A stretch of 64,000 bases of DNA, from positions 128,001 through 192,000 of IMG/VR virus record IMGVR_UViG_3300009031_000221; one strand, written 5' to 3'. Shown piece after piece: positions 36,882-45,964 of the stretch. Positions within the stretch are counted from its first letter, which is position 1; each line of letters begins with the position of its first letter. Below the pieces are notes generated by a model. The model worked only from the letters and a program-made list of their open reading frames with translations, searched no databases and was not told the origin of the DNA. Source of the DNA: a virus. Lineage: Duplodnaviria; Caudoviricetes. The translations under genes were made by a program, and so were the position numbers.

Positions 36882-36891
36882 TGAATTCTCC

Positions 36892-37656
36892 CTATGAAAA
36901 TGCAGCTTTGATTGCTGCGACACCACCATGATCCCAAATCTCGCCTGGGTCTTTCCCACCTTTGTAGGGGACTTCCCGGCACTTCAATCCGACTCGATTG
37001 AGTACAGCGAGTGCACCGTACCGTGTCTTACCCGTTTCAGGGTCTTTCGACCCTACTGAAATCATCTTGTTGGTAATTCCGTCCTTCACATTCGGCAATC
37101 CTGTCGCCTTGATGCCAGTTGGGTCATGATCATAAACCATATGGACAGTGCCTTTACAGAATCTCCGCAGGAATTCTACATGCGTATTGGACAACTTCGC
37201 ACGTACGGTCGATAGAACAGCATCCGTTGATGGCACTGCCCATTCTAACGGGCACTTGTCAAACAGCCCCTCGCATATCCACACGTCACCACCTGCCCAT
37301 ATGGCAGGCATCGCCGTTCGTGTCCCCAGGAAGAACGGAATCCATTTCGCCTCAGGAAGGCGGTAATCCTGGATATTCTTCTTGTGGATATTACGTGCCT
37401 CAAATCCAATCAGCTTCCCACGAGGCGAACGTACCGGGCATATCAAATAGCCGTTTAGCTGCTCCCCGTATTTTCCGTATTTAAGCGCAAATTCAGCATC
37501 GGGGATAGGTTCGGGCAATGTTCGCCATGTCACCATCCCTTCTCCAAGGATGGTGCTTTCCTTGGCACCGCGTCCAAGGAGATACCCTTCAACCTCTTCG
37601 GTCAGGGTAAACGAACTTAGGATAGGTTCTAGCCAACTCACTACGCACCTCGGCAC
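36892..37656 (-). CDS. DnaG-like primase catalytic/TOPRIM domain (no Zn finger)
   Basis: PVRSPRGKLIGFEAR, ICEGLFD, YDHDPTG, KDPGE. Confidence 0.75.
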   Translation of the reverse strand: MPRCVVSWLEPILSSFTLTEEVEGYLLGRGAKESTILGEGMVTWRTLPEPIPDAEFALKYGKYGEQLNGYLICPVRSPRGKLIGFEARNIHKKNIQDYRLPEAKWIPFFLGTRTAMPAIWAGGDVWICEGLFDKCPLEWAVPSTDAVLSTVRAKLSNTHVEFLRRFCKGTVHMVYDHDPTGIKATGLPNVKDGITNKMISVGSKDPETGKTRYGALAVLNRVGLKCREVPYKGGKDPGEIWDHGGVAAIKAAFS

Positions 37657-38213
37657 ATAGCAAAACCACGACTCGGATTATGTACGGCAATAGCTACTGC
37701 CGTTGGGGACAAGTGGACCATCATCCCCACAAATTGCCGATCAGTTGGAACGATGATGGCACAATCATCGGGAATCCATGCTGACATACGCACCCTATGG
37801 CCAATGTTCTTCTCCAACAACCAATCCGGATGCTTCTTGGTTGGGCCACTTGCATGCCCAACCAAGATGTCCAGCTGCCCCATGTCATAGGAGTCAACGT
37901 GGTCAATCGCCGCTGCAACGCCCGCCTCTGTGAATGGGTGAGCGCTGCCCCACTGAAGCTCCAAAGATCGATTGTAGATGGCCTCTGAGGCCTCCCAGAA
38001 CAAATCTCCGGGACGTACACCCTTACGGACAGCAGCCTTGATAGTGGGGATGGTTCCTTCATGGGGGCTGTCAACCCACATGAATCCTGTGGTGGATGAT
38101 ACAAGGTAGGGAACCGTTTGGGGGTCTACGTTGAATTCCAAAATAAGGGGTGTGACCCCCTTCCGACTCATAGCATCGGGTTTAACCCGAATCACTTGAA
38201 GGAGATTACTCAT
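37641..38213 (-). CDS. Hypothetical protein
   Basis: Coupled ORF in the replication run. Confidence 0.6.
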   Translation of the reverse strand: MSNLLQVIRVKPDAMSRKGVTPLILEFNVDPQTVPYLVSSTTGFMWVDSPHEGTIPTIKAAVRKGVRPGDLFWEASEAIYNRSLELQWGSAHPFTEAGVAAAIDHVDSYDMGQLDILVGHASGPTKKHPDWLLEKNIGHRVRMSAWIPDDCAIIVPTDRQFVGMMVHLSPTAVAIAVHNPSRGFAMCRGA

Positions 38214-38692
38214 TCTACAACCTCAGAAAAAGGTTCCATTTCAGCTTCAATCTGACGAACTTCCTCAGCTACGTCTACCCCATCCAAAACCCACATCAGG
38301 GCTGCCACGTCAGGATATTGAGAAGCGATCTTGCCCCGGTCATTGGAGGACATCAATTCACGAAATGCCGTCTTAACTTCTTCCTTGGTGCGGAAAGGTT
38401 GGCGACATTTGCATGCACGAGCTTGATTAATACACCCGGCAACCCGCGTATCACACACCTTTCCCCTTGGGGAGTTCTCCTTGATGGAACCCTCATAGCG
38501 GCAAATCCCGATCTTCTCCGAAGATCCTCCAATCCCAGTCAGATGATTGTAATAGCACGCCTCGGGGGATTCGCGAAAGTTGTCCCGAATCTCCCGTTGC
38601 AAATGCCTGAACAATACCTGCTTCAACTGTTGGCGAATCTGACTCGGAGATCGAGCGCCATTGTTATCAATTGGGTCCATGAGATTCTCCAA
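38210..38692 (-). CDS. Hypothetical Cys-containing protein
   Basis: Coupled ORF; C..., C...C......C..C. Confidence 0.55.
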   Translation of the reverse strand: MENLMDPIDNNGARSPSQIRQQLKQVLFRHLQREIRDNFRESPEACYYNHLTGIGGSSEKIGICRYEGSIKENSPRGKVCDTRVAGCINQARACKCRQPFRTKEEVKTAFRELMSSNDRGKIASQYPDVAALMWVLDGVDVAEEVRQIEAEMEPFSEVVE

Positions 38693-38694
38693 GG

Positions 38695-39330
38695 TTACTT
38701 CAGCACCTCGAACTTTGCGTGCCCATTCTTCTTGGTAATTCGGTAAGCCTTGTCCGCAGCATCCACCATCGATGAATTATGCGATACCAAGAGAATATCC
38801 ATATCTAACCGTTTGCATAACGTCGATAGGAAATTCCCCATATTCGTAACATAGTTGTTGTCAAATGCGGGTAATGATTCATCTAACAGAAGTAGAGGGC
38901 GTAACCCTCGGCGCATGACGATGATGAGTCGCAACAACACAGACTGTACCGTTGATACAGCCCCCCCAAATGCGTCGTTGGACAACCCCTCAACCTCTGC
39001 GCCACCTGGATGCGTCTGCATGGTGATAAGGTCAACGGATACCTTGCCACGCTGTACTTCAACCTGAGCCTTGACCCTGATGTCTTGGTCATCAAATACA
39101 GCCTGCAAACCTTCGGTTTGTAGCTGTTCTACGGCCTGAACACCAACTGTCACTTCCTGGTCGATTAGCTGTCGTAGAAATGTTTCTACCGCATCCAGAA
39201 GAATGCCTTCCCCCTCTAATCGAGTAATGTCCTTCCGCACGCCACCAAGGCGTGCTACGGCATCATCTCGTAGAGTGCGAGCCTTTTCCAATGACGCACG
39301 CAAGGAGGCATAATTCGCGGATACCGACAT
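38695..39330 (-). CDS. Rad50/SbcC C-terminal half
   Basis: Coiled coil, then signature-like FGGAV, Walker B LLLLDES and H-loop LVSH; no Walker A. Confidence 0.8.
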   Translation of the reverse strand: MSVSANYASLRASLEKARTLRDDAVARLGGVRKDITRLEGEGILLDAVETFLRQLIDQEVTVGVQAVEQLQTEGLQAVFDDQDIRVKAQVEVQRGKVSVDLITMQTHPGGAEVEGLSNDAFGGAVSTVQSVLLRLIIVMRRGLRPLLLLDESLPAFDNNYVTNMGNFLSTLCKRLDMDILLVSHNSSMVDAADKAYRITKKNGHAKFEVLK

Positions 39331-39331
39331 C

Positions 39332-40513
39332 CTACCACAACAAGCCCGCAAGCACGTGAACGTACTTGTCGCCGCCCTCACCCTTGTCATCCGCAAACAT
39401 CGGACGTTCAACGCGGATGTACCGATGCTTCTTCTCAGTGATCACGTTGATTCCCAACGTGATCGTGTCCGAAGTCGAACAACCCACCGTATCAATGATG
39501 TGGAGAAGATGGTCAGCGCTAACCGGAAAACCATCCTTCGGGATTTCGGGTGCCGTTGCCACATTGAGAACTGCCTCGCACTTCACCGAAACTACGGAAG
39601 GCTTGCCGTTCTCATTCTGCATCGATACCAAAAGGGGTCCGTCCTCATCGGGCAGGCTCAAGTACAGGCGCGAATCCTTCTTCGCAGCACCCGCCTGATT
39701 GGCCTCAACCGCACGCTTCAAGGCGTCCGTGTTGACAGTCCAAGTCCGTTGGTCTTCCGAAGGAGGAGGGCTTAGGTTCGGGTAGTTTGCCTGATAGCGG
39801 GTTTCACCGTAAGTCGCTCCATCACTCCGCTTCATGAACAGATTGCGGTCACTCTCCAGGATTTCGACATCTCCTTCACAGGATGCCAAGAATCCCGCCA
39901 AGCACGGCACGTCCTTGCTATGGATCCGCAAACCAGAGCTTTCCAACCCCACAACCTTGAAGAAGGATACAACGGAACGCTTATCCGTGGCCGTCACCAT
40001 CCCATTACGCACATCGACAACAACTGCCTCAGGCATATTGCTCTCGTCCAAGGATGCGAAGTTCCGTGCGCTCTTCAACGCAAACGCCAACCGACTGGCA
40101 CTCAATGAACCCTTGGAAACGGATTTCTCCAATGTCTTGTCCCAGAAAACAAAGTTCTGGGGATCCAAGGAACGGAAGTTCTGAACGTAGCTCCCGGTAT
40201 CGCACTTCACGTCGCCGCCGGCCTGCGGTTCCACCACCACAGCGGCGTCGCCAATCGTACCAAGCCACTTCTTGATCCGCCACCCCTCAACGGTGAAGGG
40301 ATCGCCAACTTCCATCACCTTTGCTTTGACTGGGCATGATGCGAATACCCGTTGGTGAGAAGTCAATACCTCAACCTGTTCCGCATCCTTGGGAGAAATA
40401 CGAAACAGGAAGTGCGAAGTAATATCGCCTTCGGTTGAAGACATCGCACCGGATACCGTCTGGAGTGCTTCCAAAAGGTCACTTTTTGCTACCTGAAACT
40501 TCATCATTATCAA
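39332..40513 (-). CDS. DNA polymerase III beta-like sliding clamp
   Basis: MKFQVAKSDLLEALQTV N-terminus, YPN, about 390-aa three-domain pattern. Confidence 0.7.
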   Translation of the reverse strand: MIMMKFQVAKSDLLEALQTVSGAMSSTEGDITSHFLFRISPKDAEQVEVLTSHQRVFASCPVKAKVMEVGDPFTVEGWRIKKWLGTIGDAAVVVEPQAGGDVKCDTGSYVQNFRSLDPQNFVFWDKTLEKSVSKGSLSASRLAFALKSARNFASLDESNMPEAVVVDVRNGMVTATDKRSVVSFFKVVGLESSGLRIHSKDVPCLAGFLASCEGDVEILESDRNLFMKRSDGATYGETRYQANYPNLSPPPSEDQRTWTVNTDALKRAVEANQAGAAKKDSRLYLSLPDEDGPLLVSMQNENGKPSVVSVKCEAVLNVATAPEIPKDGFPVSADHLLHIIDTVGCSTSDTITLGINVITEKKHRYIRVERPMFADDKGEGGDKYVHVLAGLLW

Positions 40514-40782
40514 CGATCTCCCATGTATGGAGTAAGGGTTTGTTCCGACGCATCAATCCTGTTAGCAAGATCCTGCGTTAGGGTCTCGTAACGGCGAGTC
40601 AATTCCGTAATCGTCGCCTCTAACTTCTCTGGGGGCACACCCCGTTTCCGGCAATCATCTTCAACTAGGGACAATTCAGCCCTAGCAGATTCCAACCGCC
40701 CCTGAAGACGACTAGCCGTCTCTCGTACCCGATCCCGGCGTTTAACCAGTTCATCTAGTTTCACACGGCGTTCATCTACCAT
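40510..40782 (-). CDS. Small coiled-coil protein
   Basis: Heptad-rich 90 aa; GGAGG SD. Confidence 0.6.
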   Translation of the reverse strand: MVDERRVKLDELVKRRDRVRETASRLQGRLESARAELSLVEDDCRKRGVPPEKLEATITELTRRYETLTQDLANRIDASEQTLTPYMGDR

Positions 40783-40813
40783 TTATTCCTCCGTCAGGTA
40801 TTTACCCGACAGA

Positions 40814-41839
40814 TTAGGATTTTGATCCACCGGACATCGAAAATGTAGTAATGCCGTCAGATGCCTCAAATAGATCCGCATTTCTAGGGCCACGCCTGTT
40901 GCCATCTTTCTGGGTTTGGCGTTCAGGGCAAACCCCTTCATATTCACAGTATTTGCATGTCTTAGGAGTAGGCTTGGGCTCAAACTTCTTCTTATCCATA
41001 CCCTTCATGGCATCGGATGCCCGTGCTGCCAAACCCTTGAGATCATCCCGGGTAAATGGAACCCAATCCACCCCTTCCTCACAAGTCCCTGTTGGAAGCC
41101 CCTCATTATCCAAAATGGGAGTCCCGTAAGGATACCGGTAATATACGAACCCCAATCGATCAGGTAATTTCTGATATGTCAGGTAAAACAACAAGGCATA
41201 CCAACGCAATTGGTCAGGATCCGTATAGGTCAATGTGTTCAACCCTGTCTTGGGATCCTTGTATCGTTTGCTATTTTTGCCGTCGAGGATGGTGACACCC
41301 GTATCTTCCCTACGGATAATCATGTCAGCACGCCCGCCAACAGGCGTATACTTGTTGACGTAGCCAAGCAATTCTACTTCCGCCTTGGCATAGGGACCAA
41401 GGAGGCGATGCTGCTTCAACGTCCGCATGTATCCAAGGACGGCATCGTTGACAAGCTTTTCCAGGTCAACACGGTCCCCCGCCATACGCCAATCCACGTA
41501 TTTCCGTGCTAATTCAAATCGAAATGTTTCGTTCGCCAATTCTAGCAGGCGACGCTTGAGCGTCTCAGGATCCAATGAACGCCATAGCTCATCATTGTAG
41601 AATCGCTCAATGGCATATTGAATTGCGATACCTAGGATTGCATGATGCTCCGACTTCCTCGGAATGGGTTTGCCATTGAGGTCAACCGTAGGTATGGGCT
41701 TCTTACGCCCTGGTCCGCCCCCTACATCAATATCCCCCCAGCCTTTCGACCACAGGTATTTCTGAGGGCATTCCTCGTACACGCCCAAACTGGACCAGTA
41801 GAGGGTGTAGGATTTCTTCTCACCGGGATTCCAGGCCAT
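40814..41839 (-). CDS. PD-(D/E)XK (Cas4/AddB-like) exonuclease
   Basis: ECP..Y, GRADMI, LDGKNS, C.YC...CP; GGAG SD before ATG 41839. Confidence 0.8.
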   Translation of the reverse strand: MAWNPGEKKSYTLYWSSLGVYEECPQKYLWSKGWGDIDVGGGPGRKKPIPTVDLNGKPIPRKSEHHAILGIAIQYAIERFYNDELWRSLDPETLKRRLLELANETFRFELARKYVDWRMAGDRVDLEKLVNDAVLGYMRTLKQHRLLGPYAKAEVELLGYVNKYTPVGGRADMIIRREDTGVTILDGKNSKRYKDPKTGLNTLTYTDPDQLRWYALLFYLTYQKLPDRLGFVYYRYPYGTPILDNEGLPTGTCEEGVDWVPFTRDDLKGLAARASDAMKGMDKKKFEPKPTPKTCKYCEYEGVCPERQTQKDGNRRGPRNADLFEASDGITTFSMSGGSKS

Positions 41840-41851
41840 TACACACTCCAT

Positions 41852-41896
41852 AGTGAATGGCCGTCAACGCACGAGGGCAATTGACGGCCATTCACT
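41852..41896. other. Perfect 16-bp inverted repeat with 13-nt loop
   Basis: AGTGAATGGCCGTCAA / TTGACGGCCATTCACT, intergenic between HU and the nuclease. Confidence 0.85.
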
Positions 41897-41922
41897 CTAC
41901 CCTCGAACAAGGGACGGAGGTG

Positions 41923-42183
41923 CTACAGGGCTTCCGTCCACGCCTTCGATGCGTGGAAACGAACGACCGTACGTGCCGGGATATCGAGGGTCGCACCCGT
42001 CTTGGGGTTGCGGGCCTTGCGTGCCGGGGCGGTCTTGATCTTGAAGGTTCCGAACTTGTACAAACTCAGCGAACCCGCACCCTCGTCGCCAGTCTTGGGG
42101 GCATTGGCCTCCAATTCACGCTTGATGATTGATGCCGCTGCCTTGAGGGTTTCCGTATCTTCCTTGCTAAGTGCCATGGTCAT
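41923..42183 (-). CDS. HU/IHF-like DNA-binding protein
   Basis: FGTFKIKTAPARKARNPKTGATLDIPA..VVRF. Confidence 0.88.
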   Translation of the reverse strand: MTMALSKEDTETLKAAASIIKRELEANAPKTGDEGAGSLSLYKFGTFKIKTAPARKARNPKTGATLDIPARTVVRFHASKAWTEAL

Positions 42184-42285
42184 TTTCCTTGTGAATAGAG
42201 CCCTCTCATGGACTCATAGAAAATACCCATTAAATCCGAAAAGCGATCTAGCATTATGCGAATGCAATGATGTTTTTCAGATCAA

Positions 42286-43203
42286 TTATCCACGCCACCC
42301 AGGAGGGGCAGGAACAGCAGGATATGACGCAGGAAACGGATTGGGAGCCTTCGGTGCCATTTGCACATCGTCGATAGGAACTCCCCATGACTTCAACCTT
42401 TCACGAGTTGCATACCGCAAAGAAACCACCAATGCCGGAGAAGTCGTGGCACGAGTAAACGAAGTGCTTGAAGTGTGGAACTTGGCTTCGTGACCATAGC
42501 CCGTCCCCACATCTACAGGCGCCGCTGCCGCGGACGCCATGAAAACACTATTCACATTGCATTCCACACTCCGTTCATTATCCGCGAACATGCCCACACA
42601 ATCATGGTCGTTACCCGTGTTCAGGCTATCGACAACATTGTTGGCGGTTTCACGCATGGACTTGGTATTAGCAGAATCAACCCGCCGCCCACGAAGCCGC
42701 ACCTGACCTCCAAAGTTCAGAGAATCGGGCGGGCAATTCGTGGTGCTTGTGGTGCTCGAGTAGGTGTACTTCCATACCGGAGTTGCCACAGGATAAACCG
42801 GCGTTGGCGGAATGAACCAAGGAACTGTCGTTACTACCTTCTCGTCAAATACGGCGACGCCAATAACGCCAACATTGTTGGTACCCTTTCCCGTCTGGGC
42901 AGAATAGCTTCCACCCTGCTCCGTGAACAGAAACTGTGCAACCGAAGAATCCGTACGACGCCATCCAGGAATATCGATGGTTTCCCAGGGACGCAGGACA
43001 TAACCCTGACCGTCAATCCCCGCAGACTTGCCATCCAATACATTAACGCCATCCACAGAGATGACAGCCAAACGCCTACTCGCAGTATCGTTACGCAACC
43101 GGATGGTGTATGCCCCTGACTGAGGGGCCTCTACGTAAACCTGCCCGTTATGCGTTATCGTCTTCAGCGTCCGATTCTTCTTCCCAATGATCTCTACTTG
43201 CAT
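42286..43203 (-). CDS. Conserved hypothetical protein
   Basis: YTIRLRN...AVISVDGVNV..G...GYVL.P...I.GWR...NVGVIGVAVF pattern, recalled from uncharacterised bacterial proteins. Confidence 0.7.
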   Translation of the reverse strand: MQVEIIGKKNRTLKTITHNGQVYVEAPQSGAYTIRLRNDTASRRLAVISVDGVNVLDGKSAGIDGQGYVLRPWETIDIPGWRRTDSSVAQFLFTEQGGSYSAQTGKGTNNVGVIGVAVFDEKVVTTVPWFIPPTPVYPVATPVWKYTYSSTTSTTNCPPDSLNFGGQVRLRGRRVDSANTKSMRETANNVVDSLNTGNDHDCVGMFADNERSVECNVNSVFMASAAAAPVDVGTGYGHEAKFHTSSTSFTRATTSPALVVSLRYATRERLKSWGVPIDDVQMAPKAPNPFPASYPAVPAPPGWRG

Positions 43204-43205
43204 AG

Positions 43206-43895
43206 CTATTTCTCCTCTTTGAAATGAGCCGGGAACGCCTTCCGCTCCTGCTCAAGTTGCACCAATACATCACGTTCCCCATAACTATTCATAGGGTACT
43301 GAAGGTAGGGGTATTTTTTCACAGCATCTGCCGGAAAAGGATCTGGCCCGGGGGGTTGCACTACCGGGGGCCATGACCATTCCGCAGGATCTTTTGGACG
43401 ATTAGCATCAAGGCAAGCGTTCTTTCGGGCTCGATCCTTAGAGTTATCATCTGAAGTGCCTAAACGTAAATGGTCTGGGGATATACATCCGGGAGTGTCA
43501 CAAAGATGGCATACCACCCAACCAAAAGGAATAGGTTGCCGAAAAACCATATAACTCAGACGATGAGCCCTATAGGTATTTTCCCCCACCCGAATGGTAG
43601 GGTACTGCATTGGGTCTGCCCCGGGCCGAATCCAACAACCTTTTGACGGTCGGGCACCAAACATCTTATTCAACGATGCGATGCTAATTGCAATGTCTGA
43701 TTTGGGAACCCGAAAAAATTTCTCTCTCATTATGGAGCTGATTTCGGGTTCTGAAATCACGACACGATCTTCAACCACAGCATTTAGCAACTCCGTAACA
43801 AACCCTGTTCTAGTCATACCAGCGCGGCCGGCACACCAGTCAATTTGGTTGAGGAGGCTTTCTTCGACTTTCAGATTTATTGGTACCTGACTCAT
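43206..43895 (-). mobile_element. HNH endonuclease with N-terminal ribbon-helix-helix-like domain
   Basis: N-terminal INLKV...L..ID..A...GMTRT; AHRLSY...VCHLCDTPGCISPDHL..GT..DN. Confidence 0.8.
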
Positions 43896-43902
43896 GTGTT
43901 AC

Positions 43903-43931
43903 ATGATACGTACGGTGTAACACTATGTCAA
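43903..43931 (-). promoter_or_regulatory. Sigma70 promoter, leaderless geometry, with 8-bp inverted repeat
   Basis: TTGACA-N17-TATCAT, 7 nt to ATG 43895; GTGTTACA (43896..43903) / TGTAACAC (43916..43923). Confidence 0.75.
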
Positions 43932-43938
43932 GGGGTTT

Positions 43939-44742
43939 TTACATCCAATTCGTATATTCTAATTTCTCAACTAATTTGCCCATATCGGCTCCATAGAACC
44001 CGGCAGCATTCATGCACCCCACTTCAATTACTCGTAATCCCTCGGGGGTATCGGCAATATCCATGACATAAGCACGGCAAGGAGACCACAATTGGGCAGT
44101 TTCCTCCGCATAGGAAATCACATTATCATCCATTTGCGGGGCGTGAACCATATGGGATCCAATTCCAAACAATGCCCTTCCCCCCATCTTGTAGAGGGAT
44201 GACGTAATCACCTTACCATCCAGAATCCATAGGCGATACTCACGATGAATTGCCTTGACCCTACTGGTCATGACCATAGTTTCGCCGCACAACGTTCCGC
44301 CGTTATCGGCACCGTGCGTTAGGACACGATCCCGCCACTCCACAAAGGAAGGCCAATCCTTGACCTGCCCGTTGAAGGACTTGGAATCCAGTACGGGGCG
44401 AATGAAGAACGGCTTGATCTGTTCCGGGACTTCATCGAACCGAGTTACGATACTATCCCCATTGAGCATACGGGCGCCCCAGTGCCCGCGTTGGATCGTA
44501 TAGTCCAGGTTTGCGTTGTCGAATGATCCAGGCGTCCAGCCCCGTTCTCGTGCGATTCTAGCCATGGTATATGACCCCATGACAATGACACGCTCCTCCG
44601 TAGGAACCGGATCGGGCACAATGCCTCCTCCGAACGGAAGTACCTTGTGAATGCTATAGGGCAACCCAAAGCGTTCCAGCACATCTACAAGACGGTGAAA
44701 CCCTTCCTCCTGAAACATATTGTCTTGAAGAATCCAGTACAT
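43939..44742 (-). CDS. ATP-grasp domain protein (R2K/DUF4343-like)
   Basis: FFIRPVLDSKSFNG, EYRLWILDGKVI, YVMDIA...VIEVG..NAAGFY. Confidence 0.75.
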   Translation of the reverse strand: MYWILQDNMFQEEGFHRLVDVLERFGLPYSIHKVLPFGGGIVPDPVPTEERVIVMGSYTMARIARERGWTPGSFDNANLDYTIQRGHWGARMLNGDSIVTRFDEVPEQIKPFFIRPVLDSKSFNGQVKDWPSFVEWRDRVLTHGADNGGTLCGETMVMTSRVKAIHREYRLWILDGKVITSSLYKMGGRALFGIGSHMVHAPQMDDNVISYAEETAQLWSPCRAYVMDIADTPEGLRVIEVGCMNAAGFYGADMGKLVEKLEYTNWM

Positions 44743-44808
44743 ACGTTTCCAAGATAATGGTGTAAAGCAGGGGTCTAACTGTATGACGTGTCAAGGGAAT
44801 CCCGGCAA

Positions 44809-45018
44809 TTAAATACCGGCGCCATCCTCAAAGTTCGCGTCATACCTATCGAGAGTCATCGGGTCAAGGAGTCTTCGGGTCTTCCAATCAACCCTTGCCA
44901 TGAAAGGTTCATCAGGGCATGGGCGAGACATCAGGTTTTGGAATGGAATAATTCGTCGAGAGGGTTCCTCCCACGGGCGGCGCCGGATGCCATCATCATA
45001 ATCACCATTCAGATCCAT
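44809..45018 (-). CDS. Small hypothetical protein
   Basis: GGAGG SD; fills the gap. Confidence 0.45.
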   Translation of the reverse strand: MDLNGDYDDGIRRRPWEEPSRRIIPFQNLMSRPCPDEPFMARVDWKTRRLLDPMTLDRYDANFEDGAGI

Positions 45019-45031
45019 GAAATCCTCCTAG

Positions 45032-45649
45032 TTATCTAGGCACATAGACATATCCCAAGAACTCCGGAGGAACATGCTCCGTCAACCACACGCCATTCTC
45101 AGAACAGTAAAACTTATGCCCGCTTGCGAGCATTGCCTTGGCATCTACCCGAAATACGATCGGGGTTCCATGCCGCATGCCCACGGATGAAGCGGTAGCG
45201 GTCTCAGCAGCCATATGGACGTGCTGCCGCTTCATCTTCTTCAGGCCTTCCTTCATGATCATAGGAACGGCATTTGGATAGGTGCCGTGGTACAACACGT
45301 CCGGAGGTGTGACGGGCACGAGACCCAAGTCCACAGGGAAGCTGTGACCTTGACGGGCTCGAATCCGTTTCCCATCTTCCGATATGGCGAATCGTTGCTT
45401 GTTGTTCGTGGCTACAATGTCATTAATGATCGGTCGGGTCAATCTGCCATGCGACCCACGAATCAAGGCGTCAATGTCCACCCATCCTTCGGCATCTGCC
45501 GTGACGTTGGCTGCGGATGGATTGTGCCGAAGCACAAGGCACATGAACAACCCTGCCTTTTTGTCTTCCCGGGACGTAAGGCCCATGGGATCCACGTTGG
45601 GGTTGAACGATCGCATTTCTTTGATGTCATCTTCCAAAGGCGTCTCCAC
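45032..45649 (-). CDS. kptA: RNA 2'-phosphotransferase (Tpt1/KptA)
   Basis: LRH, DAEGWV, NKQRF, IRARQGHS, LYHGT, GLKKMKRQHVH, ENGVWL. Confidence 0.92.
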   Translation of the reverse strand: METPLEDDIKEMRSFNPNVDPMGLTSREDKKAGLFMCLVLRHNPSAANVTADAEGWVDIDALIRGSHGRLTRPIINDIVATNNKQRFAISEDGKRIRARQGHSFPVDLGLVPVTPPDVLYHGTYPNAVPMIMKEGLKKMKRQHVHMAAETATASSVGMRHGTPIVFRVDAKAMLASGHKFYCSENGVWLTEHVPPEFLGYVYVPR

Positions 45650-45706
45650 ATCCAGTTTGTGCCGATGAAGTTCGGATCCGTTAGGGGGATTCTAGGATGC
45701 TCATTT

Positions 45707-45964
45707 TCATTGCTTCTTTTCCAACGTAGCGGCGATCATCGCATCAACATCTTCCGTGGATTCAATGAAACGGACTGCCGGGGCATCATCGGGATGGATA
45801 CGCACTCGCCGCCGATAGGTTGCCTGATAGGGCGGGATAATCCCTGGATCTCCGGCATTTCGGAACTGATGCAATAGTACATCCCAATACGTGGGTTTCT
45901 TACATGTCATCGTCACAGGCTTTGGCATGGAATTCTTCAGGGATTCTTCATCGCTCATCGTCAT
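45707..45964 (-). CDS. Small hypothetical protein
   Basis: Overlaps the PNKP stop; fills the gap. Confidence 0.4.
   Translation of the reverse strand: MTMSDEESLKNSMPKPVTMTCKKPTYWDVLLHQFRNAGDPGIIPPYQATYRRRVRIHPDDAPAVRFIESTEDVDAMIAATLEKKQ

Noticed and set aside
40814-41839. Cas4 as evidence of a CRISPR-Cas system
   Set aside because: No other cas genes or array; stand-alone Cas4-like nucleases are common in phage recombination modules.
44751-44794. Sigma70 promoter upstream of the ATP-grasp gene
   Set aside because: TTGACA (44789..44794) has no -10 at 16-18 nt, and the TATCTT near the ATG has only a weak -35.
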